Shown here piece by piece: positions 54,800 to 61,920 of a stretch of DNA of 64,000 bases. A model generated the notes under the pieces. It worked only from the letters and a program-made list of their open reading frames with translations. It was not told the DNA's origin and did not search any database. The DNA comes from Acidobacteriota bacterium (lineage in GTDB: Bacteria > Acidobacteriota > Vicinamibacteria > Vicinamibacterales > SCN-69-37). The stretch is taken from positions 7,629-71,628 of the forward strand of contig SYFT01000034.1 in NCBI GenBank assembly GCA_005799825.1. The letters run 5' to 3'. Position 1 is the stretch's first letter. Every line of letters begins with the position of its first letter. The position numbers were made by a program, and so were the translations under genes.

Positions 54800-54817
54800 A
54801 GCAAGTAGCTACTTGCT
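54800..54817. promoter_or_regulatory. perfect 18-bp palindrome, candidate TetR operator
   Basis: AGCAAGTAGCTACTTGCT is its own reverse complement. An extra GCAAGT half-site lies at 54793-54798. It sits between divergent starts (tetR 54766/54796 and 54845). Confidence 0.55.
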
Positions 54818-54844
54818 TACAAGACGTGATGGTACTCTCCCCGC

Positions 54845-55573
54845 ATGCAGTTGGTGCTGCCATGGATGAGCCCCAAACCCCGTGTCACTGGGGCCGAACG
54901 CGCTCCCGCTTCCGTTGAAGTCGGGCCCCATTCATACCCGGTGACCATCACCCGGCATCGCAGGGCTCGGCGTTTTGTGTTGCGCATGACGCCCGAAGGC
55001 GTGCTGCGGCTGACTGTGCCTCGCGGGGCGTCCATTGCCGGCGGCCTGGCATTCGCAAAGGGACAGGGTCGTTGGATTGCCAGGGAAGCGGCGCGGCGCG
55101 CCGAACGCGCCGGGCCCTGGGCCACGGGCACGATGATCTGGTTCCGCGGGGCGGAAGTGCCGCTGGCCGTAAGCGACGCACGCGTGTCGTTTGCCGACGC
55201 ATCAGTCGCGTTACCCGACGGTGTAGCGAGCGTGCGCCAGGCGAGTGAGGCACATCTGCGTAGGACGGCAGCTGCTGAGTTGCCGCCGCGATGTCTGGAC
55301 CTGGCGCGCCAGCATGGTCTGACCGTCTCACGCGTCTCGGTCAGGAATCAGCGGTCGCGCTGGGGAAGCTGTTCATCGAGAGGCGCGATCGCCCTCAACT
55401 GGCGCCTGATCCAGATGCCGCCCGAGGTGTCCGACTACGTGATCCTGCACGAGCTTATGCACCTGAAGCAGCCCAACCACTCGCGCCAGTTCTGGAGGGA
55501 AGTCGCGGCCGTTAGTGCCTCGTGGCGGGAGTCCGAAGCGTGGCTCAAACGGTACGGAAGAGAGCTGCTCTAG
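54845..55573 (+). CDS. DUF45/YgjP-like (M48-related) zinc metallohydrolase
   Basis: ORF 54845..55573. The C-terminal motif YVILHELMHLKQPNHSRQFW carries HExxH. Confidence 0.8.
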   Translation: MQLVLPWMSPKPRVTGAERAPASVEVGPHSYPVTITRHRRARRFVLRMTPEGVLRLTVPRGASIAGGLAFAKGQGRWIAREAARRAERAGPWATGTMIWFRGAEVPLAVSDARVSFADASVALPDGVASVRQASEAHLRRTAAAELPPRCLDLARQHGLTVSRVSVRNQRSRWGSCSSRGAIALNWRLIQMPPEVSDYVILHELMHLKQPNHSRQFWREVAAVSASWRESEAWLKRYGRELL

Positions 55574-55575
55574 CG

Positions 55576-55690
55576 GTCCCAGAGTCCAGAGTCCAGGGTT
55601 CGTGGTGCCTGCACCTTCGGTTGCAGGGGCTTCACTTAACGAAGACCCGCGAAGCGGCTCCGTGAACTCTGGACTCTGGACTCTGGACTA
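55576..55690. repeat. inverted pair of heptamer arrays flanking a UUCG-loop hairpin; probable bidirectional terminator
   Basis: The left array is GTCCCAGA GTCCAGA GTCCAGG (55576-55597). The right array is CTCTGGA x3 + CTA (55667-55690) and ends in the minus-strand stop codon. 55580-55596 and 55669-55685 are perfectly complementary over 17 nt. An internal hairpin cctgca-cc-ttcg-gt-tgcagg lies at 55608-55627. Confidence 0.85.
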
Positions 55691-58600
55691 CCTGACGATC
55701 GCGTTGAGCTCTTCGATGATCTTGTCGAGCTCGGCTTTCAGAACGCCGTATCTCTCGATCGCGTCCCGGCCCACTTTCTGATCCACGCCCATACCCAGGC
55801 GCGAGACGTACTGCACGTGCGCCTGAAGCCCGGGGCGGCCGTATCGAATCGGCTGGGTATTGAGTTTGTCGGCCAGTGCCGTGACCTGCTTCAGCTTCCC
55901 GGGGTCAGCGGTTGTTCCGCTGCCGAGCTGCGTCTGCGCCGCACGTACGCGCGCCACCGTCTGGTTGACGCTGGATACAAGTGCGGCCATCTTCACGCCG
56001 TGGTCGAACTGCTCCTGCAGATCGGCAGTGGTCACGCCGTCTGCCGCCACGCGCGGGTCGATGAGCACCGTGAGATTTTCGGTGAGGGTGGCGTCGCCCA
56101 CCTTCATGCGCACCTGATATTGCGCGGGTGCCATGGTCAATCCGTTCTGGTGGCGCACATCCCACACGAAGCGGTTGAAACCGGCGGTGCGTGTCACACG
56201 CCCGACGGGTTGCGCGTTGGCAGGCGCCGTGCGGCCCGCCATCATCGGCGCATCAGGGTCCGCTTGTGCCGCCGGCGCGCTGCCGGCCCGTCCACCGCGG
56301 CCTCCTCGTCCGGCGCCACCACCTGCGGCTGCACCGCTGCTGTAGGAGTTGACCACCTGGCCCTTTCCGTCGAGCACTTCAATCGTGACCTGGCCCTCAG
56401 GCGCCGCCGGCAGGTAGTAGTCCACCGTCGGTCCCAGCGTCTCCGGGCTGCTGCGCGTGCGATAGCCATCGCGCGGCTTGAACAACTTCGGCGCGGCGGG
56501 CGCCGTCACCGGTGCGGCGGGCGGCTCCATCTGCTGCAACGGACTGAGATTGTCGAAGATCCAGAAACCCCGTCCCTGCGTCGCAATCACCATGTCGCCC
56601 TTATGGAGCGTGATTTCATTGATTGGCACGTTCGGCATGTTGAGCTGGAACGACTTCCAGCTGCTGCCATTGTCAAACGAAATGAACATGCCGAATTCGG
56701 TGCCGGCGTACAGCAGTCCCTCGCGAGTGCGATCTTCGCGCACGACGCGCGTCGGCCAGTCCGCCGGAATGCCGTTCTTGCCGTCGGTCAGCCGCTGCCA
56801 CGTCGTGCCGTAGTCGTCGGTGCGGTAAATGTACGGCTGATAGTCGCCAAGCAGGTACCGATAGACGGTGAAGTACGCTGAGCCCCGCCGATGCTGAGAG
56901 GCATCAATCCATGCCACGCGCCCGCCTTCCGGCAGGTCCTTCGGCGTAATGTTCTTCCACGTCTTGCCGTTGTCGCGTGTGACGTGGAATGGGCCGTCGT
57001 TGGCTCCCGTCCAGATGACTCCGGCCTCAAGCGGTGATTCGGCAATCGCGTAGAGCGTGCTGTAGAACTCTTCGCCTGTCACGTCGCGCGTGATCGGCTC
57101 TCCGCTGCCGCCCTGGCAGCACGGCGGGAAGGCGGTCAGGTCCGGGGAGATCTTCTCCCACGTCACCCCGAGGTCGCGTGTGCGATGCACGTGCTGCGAC
57201 CCGTAGTAGAGCACCAGCGGGTCGTGTGGCGAGAGCGCCATTGGCGATACCCGCTGGAAGCGGAAGATCAGGTCGCCGCCGTCATTACCATAGAGCGACT
57301 GACCGCCGATCCAGTAATTCTTCGTCTGGCCAGTCTTGCGGCTCATTACCGCGTACTGGCCCTTGCAGGAGCCGTAGACGATGTCGGGTTTGCTCGGGTG
57401 GGGCATGATGGGCCCGGTCTCGCACCCGGGCCCGCTCACCAGATTGTTTTCGTACACGTCGCGATCGCTTTCAAGCACGACCGTGCTGTTGTCCTGTTGC
57501 GCGCCATAAACCCGGTACGGGAATTCGTTGTCCACGGCCGCGCCGTAGAACTCGCCCGTCGGCTGGTTGTCCTGCGCCGACCACGTCCGGCCGCCATCGG
57601 TGGACACATTCGCGCCGCCGTCGTTCGCCTGCACCATGATCTGGCCGTGAGTCGGGTTCACCCAGATGTCGTGGTTGTCTCCGTGCGGTGTACGTATCGA
57701 TTGAAACGTCCTGCCGGCGTCGGTGGACTTGTAGAACCCTTCGGCGCCTCCATACACCACATCCGCGTTTGTCGGGTCCGCGCCAAGCGTCGTGTAGTAA
57801 AACGGGCGCTGCGTCATCGCGGCCTGGATGTTGGCAGGGGCACCCGTGTTGGCCCACGTCTGTCCGCCGTCGTCGGATCGGTAGAACCCGCCGCCAGGCA
57901 GGGCCTCAATCAAGGCGTAGATACGGCTAGGGTTGGCCGCCGTCACCGCGAGATTGCCCTTGCCAATCAACTCCTGCGGCAGGCCTGTGGCGATCTTGGT
58001 GAACGTCTCACCGGCGTCGGTGCTTTTGTAGAAGCCGCCCACCCTGCCGCCGCTGATAATTGTCCACGGCTTACGTTCCAGTCGCGCCATCCATGCGTAG
58101 ACGACGTTCGGGTTGCCGGGCTGAATCTCGACATCCGCCGCGCCCACTTCGTTTGAGAGGTACAGCGTCTTCTTCCAGGTCTGGCCACCGTCGACCGTCT
58201 TGAAGACACCACGTTCGCTGGAGGGTTTGAAGACGTCCCCTGTGGCCGAGAGCCAGACGATGTTGGGGTTGGTGGGGTGGATGCGGACCGCGCCGATCTG
58301 GCCGACGTTGTACAGACCGGAGAACGCCCACGTCCTGCCGCCATCAATGGACTTGTAGACCCCGCGTCCGGTGGACACGTTGCTGCGCGCGCCGTCGGAT
58401 CCCGTGCCGACGTAGATGATGTTCGGGTCGGAGTCAGCGACGGCAATCGCGCCTATCGAGCCGAGGGGGATCTGGCCGTCGGTGAGGGGTTCCCAGCTCT
58501 GACCGTTGTTGGTGGTGCGGAACACGCCGCCGCTGGCCACGCCCATGTAGAACGTCGTCGGCTGTGAAGGCACGCCCGTGACCGCCGTGACCCGGCCGCC

Positions 58601-58768
58601 GCGTGACGGTCCGATCGATCGGTACTTCAGACCCTGGAACATCGCCTGGTCCGATACCACCGGCGGCGCCTGCCTGGCGAAAAGCGGAGTGAGTGTGGCT
58701 GCAGACAGCGCCAACGCGCCCGCACAGAAAGTCAGAAGTCGAATGTATCGAATGTGTCGAGTGGTCAT
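55688..58768 (-). CDS. secreted sortilin/VPS10-like BNR (Asp-box) repeat glycosidase-like protein
   Basis: ORF 55688..58789; ATG 58766-58768 is preferred (MTTRHIRYIRLLTFCAGALALSAA signal). Many Asp-box repeats occur (FRTTNNGQSW, YKSIDGGRTW, FKTVDGGQTW, YKSTDAGETF, YRSDDGGQTW, YKSTDAGRTF, STDGGRTW, HVTRDNGKTW, YRTDDYGTTW). Confidence 0.88.
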   Translation of the reverse strand: MTTRHIRYIRLLTFCAGALALSAATLTPLFARQAPPVVSDQAMFQGLKYRSIGPSRGGRVTAVTGVPSQPTTFYMGVASGGVFRTTNNGQSWEPLTDGQIPLGSIGAIAVADSDPNIIYVGTGSDGARSNVSTGRGVYKSIDGGRTWAFSGLYNVGQIGAVRIHPTNPNIVWLSATGDVFKPSSERGVFKTVDGGQTWKKTLYLSNEVGAADVEIQPGNPNVVYAWMARLERKPWTIISGGRVGGFYKSTDAGETFTKIATGLPQELIGKGNLAVTAANPSRIYALIEALPGGGFYRSDDGGQTWANTGAPANIQAAMTQRPFYYTTLGADPTNADVVYGGAEGFYKSTDAGRTFQSIRTPHGDNHDIWVNPTHGQIMVQANDGGANVSTDGGRTWSAQDNQPTGEFYGAAVDNEFPYRVYGAQQDNSTVVLESDRDVYENNLVSGPGCETGPIMPHPSKPDIVYGSCKGQYAVMSRKTGQTKNYWIGGQSLYGNDGGDLIFRFQRVSPMALSPHDPLVLYYGSQHVHRTRDLGVTWEKISPDLTAFPPCCQGGSGEPITRDVTGEEFYSTLYAIAESPLEAGVIWTGANDGPFHVTRDNGKTWKNITPKDLPEGGRVAWIDASQHRRGSAYFTVYRYLLGDYQPYIYRTDDYGTTWQRLTDGKNGIPADWPTRVVREDRTREGLLYAGTEFGMFISFDNGSSWKSFQLNMPNVPINEITLHKGDMVIATQGRGFWIFDNLSPLQQMEPPAAPVTAPAAPKLFKPRDGYRTRSSPETLGPTVDYYLPAAPEGQVTIEVLDGKGQVVNSYSSGAAAGGGAGRGGRGGRAGSAPAAQADPDAPMMAGRTAPANAQPVGRVTRTAGFNRFVWDVRHQNGLTMAPAQYQVRMKVGDATLTENLTVLIDPRVAADGVTTADLQEQFDHGVKMAALVSSVNQTVARVRAAQTQLGSGTTADPGKLKQVTALADKLNTQPIRYGRPGLQAHVQYVSRLGMGVDQKVGRDAIERYGVLKAELDKIIEELNAIVR

Positions 58769-58813
58769 ACAGGTCTCACTTTCGAACAAAACTCTACCCG
58801 ATTACCGATTCTT

Positions 58814-59962
58814 CTAATACGTCTGCCTGGCGACCCATTCGCGCAGCAGCGAATCCACCATGGTGTAGCGCGGGCCGTCCTTGGTGACGAGGTCGGCCTT
58901 CACCAGACCCGCGAGTGACGACTGCACGCTCGATGCCCCTGCCAGCCGGTGCCTGGCGCGAACATCGGCCGACAGGACCTCGCGCCCCTGCTCAAGCACC
59001 AGCGCGCGCAGCGTGGCGCGCTGTGCGAGCGTCAGCCGCTGCCAGGCTTCTTCAAACATGGGGCCGTGTTCCTGCAGCAACCGCGACAACGTGGCGTGCA
59101 GGTCGTCCAGTGTGGCGGTCTTCCGCCCAGCGGCGCGCATGTCGTCCCACAATTCGTGAGCCAGCCGCTGCACGTCATAGGGCACGTTGCCGGCCAATTC
59201 GACGATGGCCGCGCCGAGGCCGGCTTCAGGGCGAATGCCACTGCCGGCAAAGCGGCCCTCGACAAATTCGGCGAAGTCGCCCGGATGAATCTTTGTCAGG
59301 CGCATCACCGGGCCGGCCTTGTAGAAGGGGCGCTTTGAAGTGAGCATCCGTTCCATCAGCGACGGCTCGGATCCAGCGAAGACGTACCCAACCTGCCGCT
59401 GATCCTGCACGGCCGCGCGCAGGGCGTGTTCGACGTTGCCGCCGTTGAACGCACCAATCGCCTGAAACTCGTCGAGGGCCACGGCCATGCGGCGCTTGCG
59501 GGCTGCGGCGATGCGTCCGGGGAGGGCGAAGACCTCATTCGCCAGACGCGTGATGTCGCGACCGCTTTGTGCCGCCGGGAAGGCAATGACAAACCGGGGC
59601 GCGCCGGTGGGCGCCGCCTCGAAGCGCACCTCGGGCCTGACCGATCGCAGCAAGTCCGCAGTCCATTGCCGCAACCGGCCGGCGGGCATGTCGGCCAGCA
59701 GCATCGCCCGGGCGTACGCCTCAAGGAAGCCGACGTACGAACTGGAACTGGCCACGGTGACTTCCACGGTCAGCACGCCCTGCCTCGCCAGGCCGCGCAG
59801 GACGTGACGCACCAGCGACGACTTGCCGTACCGGCGCGGCGAGATCAGGAACACCTTCTGGCCGGCGAGCAGATCCCGGCTCAGCCGATCGCGCTCGATC
59901 TCCCGATCGGCAAATGCCGCTGCGGTCACGATTTCGCCGTACACAAACGGGTTGTCTGCCAT
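58814..59962 (-). CDS. orphan AAA+/archaeal-ATPase-type (PF01637-like) ATP-binding protein with C-terminal winged-helix-like domain
   Basis: ORF 58814..59977; ATG 59960-59962 is preferred (MADNPFVYGEIV...). Walker A-like segment LISPRRYGKSSL and Walker B-like segment MAVALDEFQ. The sequence immediately upstream is AT-rich. Confidence 0.7.
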   Translation of the reverse strand: MADNPFVYGEIVTAAAFADREIERDRLSRDLLAGQKVFLISPRRYGKSSLVRHVLRGLARQGVLTVEVTVASSSSYVGFLEAYARAMLLADMPAGRLRQWTADLLRSVRPEVRFEAAPTGAPRFVIAFPAAQSGRDITRLANEVFALPGRIAAARKRRMAVALDEFQAIGAFNGGNVEHALRAAVQDQRQVGYVFAGSEPSLMERMLTSKRPFYKAGPVMRLTKIHPGDFAEFVEGRFAGSGIRPEAGLGAAIVELAGNVPYDVQRLAHELWDDMRAAGRKTATLDDLHATLSRLLQEHGPMFEEAWQRLTLAQRATLRALVLEQGREVLSADVRARHRLAGASSVQSSLAGLVKADLVTKDGPRYTMVDSLLREWVARQTY

Positions 59963-59982
59963 TACCCTAAACTTCATAATGA

Positions 59983-60693
59983 TTATTTAGAATAGCGTAA
60001 TCTCTCCGGTTCCGGTATCGGCCCCGGGCCAAACGCCGGATCCAGCAGCGCCGCGAATTCCCCCAGGATCATGGCCGTGGCTCCCCAGACCTGGTGCCCG
60101 CCCACGTCAAAATACGGCACCCAGATCGGCAAACCCTCCTGGCCACCGGGCTGTGGCCGCAGACGCCGGTCCCATTTCAGGCCGGTGGGATCCCACAGCG
60201 TGGCCAGCGGCATTTCGATGAGCGACTCCACCTCGCGCGGCGCGGCCGCAAACGCCGGCCGGATCTCGGCAACCGCGATGATCGGGTGCACCACGAAACG
60301 GCTCACGATGACCCACAGCGTGGAGAGGGCTCCGACGACGCGGACACCCGAGGGGTCGAGCCCGATCTCCTCGTGGGCTTCACGCAGCGCGCCTTCGGCC
60401 GCAGTCTCGCCGCCGTGCAGGCCGCCGCCGGGCAGGCTGATCTGGCCGCCGTGGTGGGACAGGTCCGCGTGCCGCTGTGTCAGCACAATCGATGTCCCAT
60501 GAGAGCCCGGATACAAGAGCAACAGTGCGCCCGCGCGGCGCGCCTCCGGCGGTTGCGCCGCCGGATCCCAGGCAGATCTTGCCGGCTGAGGACAGAACCG
60601 ACGTTGTGCGTCGGGCCCGGGCAAGGGCACCTGCAACCGCGCGCGCAATGCCGCCTCAAGTGAAGCCAGATCGGCGCCTGGCGCAGAAGTCAC
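59983..60693 (-). CDS. Nudix hydrolase, CoA-pyrophosphatase-like
   Basis: Distal part of ORF 59983..60984. The part of that ORF upstream of 60693 reads through the palindromic repeat and is discarded. Nudix box GGGLHGGETAAEGALREAHEEIGL. The preceding LTQRHADLSHHGGQISLPGGG resembles the CoA-pyrophosphatase signature. The GTG 60691-60693 start is tentative. Confidence 0.75.
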   Translation of the reverse strand: MTSAPGADLASLEAALRARLQVPLPGPDAQRRFCPQPARSAWDPAAQPPEARRAGALLLLYPGSHGTSIVLTQRHADLSHHGGQISLPGGGLHGGETAAEGALREAHEEIGLDPSGVRVVGALSTLWVIVSRFVVHPIIAVAEIRPAFAAAPREVESLIEMPLATLWDPTGLKWDRRLRPQPGGQEGLPIWVPYFDVGGHQVWGATAMILGEFAALLDPAFGPGPIPEPERLRYSK

Positions 60694-60704
60694 CCGGCGA
60701 TTAT

Positions 60705-60780
60705 GACTGTCGGAAAAGACATCGGGTGTCTTTTTCAGAAGGTGATGTGAAAAAGACACCCGATGTTTTTTCCGACAGTC
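60705..60780. repeat. nested palindromic repeat, copy C (31-nt arms, 1 mismatch, 14-nt spacer), variant core GACATCGGGTGTC
   Basis: gactgtcggaaaagacatcgggtgtcttttt (60705-60735) pairs with aaaaagacacccgatgttttttccgacagtc (60750-60780). It lies between the ADOP remnant stop (60797) and the Nudix gene start. Confidence 0.88.
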
Positions 60781-60796
60781 GCCTCCGAGGTCATTG

Positions 60797-61832
60797 TTAT
60801 TCCGACTGCAAGGTGAGCGACGGGGCGGTCCGCGTCGCACGGTACGCGGGGAGCCAGGTGGCCGCGGTCGCCTCGACGAAGAGCGCCACAAATGCGGCCG
60901 CCACAATCGGCAGGTCGAAGCCACCGCCACCAAACACGAAGCTGTCAATCGCACGAACTGCCAGCGCCGATAACCCCAGGCCAAGGACCAACCCCGCGGC
61001 TGTTAGTGACAACCCATCGCGCATCACAAGTGAGACTACGTTCCGCGACGTGGCTCCCAACGCCAGCCGAACACCGACCTCACGTGTGCGGCGCGCCACG
61101 AGATACGCCTTGACACCATAAAGTCCTAGCGCAGCCATGAACACCGCGGCGGCGCCGAAGACGCCGAACAGTGTCGCACCAGTCCTGATGATCCACAACA
61201 TCGCATTTCGTTCACGGAACAACGGCGCGGTCTCGAGTGTGACCACCGGCAGGTTCGGGTCGATGTCGCGAAGCAACGCGCGCAGCGCCAGAAGCATCGC
61301 AGCTTCACCCTCGGCATTCGTCGTCTGCGCGTGTAGGCACACCAAAGCGGAAGTTCTGCGCGTAAGGGCGATACAGATGGGGGCCATGCAGCGCCGTCGA
61401 TCGGGTGCGGTCGTAGTTGGCCAAGCTGGAATCCAGGTTGGAGAAAATGCCGCGGTCAAACGAAAAGCCGGGATCGACATCCGCGGCCACCATCGCCGCT
61501 CGGATGAACGCCCCGGCCGTGGTAAGCAGCGCCAGTTATCCCATGACCAGCAGGTTGCGCGTGGCGAAACGTGCGCGGCTGATTCTCAGTTCGCCCGCGT
61601 GTTCCTTCAGTTGCGGCAGTACGGCGGTGCGCACTGAGGCGAGCGCCGGCCCCAGACTCGACATCACCGTGCCGGCCACGGCAAAGGCCAGCGTGGCGAC
61701 AAAAATTCTCCAGTCGGGCGCTAGGTCGATGCTGACGAGCACCGGCAAGAGTCCGCTCATGCCGCGGGCGAAGCCCAGCTAGCGTTGAAACAGGCGGAGG
61801 CCGAGGCGAAGGTCCTGAAGTAGCGTCGGCAT
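60797..61832 (-). pseudogene. heavily decayed ADOP-family duplicated FtsX permease (internal deletion, two in-frame stops, one frameshift)
   Basis: The reverse-strand reading from ATG 61830-61832 is MPTLLQDLRLGLRLFQR*LGFARGMSGLLPVLVS...RNLLVMG*LALLTTAGAFIRAA...HLYRPYAQNF. A frame change then leads into ORF 60797..61480 (...LVCLHAQTTNAEGEAAMLLALRALLRDIDPNLPV...FtsX TMs...APSLTLQSE). About 345 codons remain; my recollection is that the family is roughly 800 aa. Confidence 0.7.
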
Positions 61833-61920
61833 GAGGTCAAACACGGGTTCAATGGCACTGAAGTTTAGGATCTGGCGATACAATCGGGCCGGGCGACGGA
61901 AAGTCACAAGGGAGCTGGGT

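Noticed and set aside
60694-60984. N-terminal extension of the Nudix ORF and the other ORFs containing KKTPDVF / KDVGCLF peptides (for example 3381-3494 and 46826-47428)
   Set aside because: These peptides are simply translations of the palindromic repeat in different loci and strands, so they are not a conserved protein motif.
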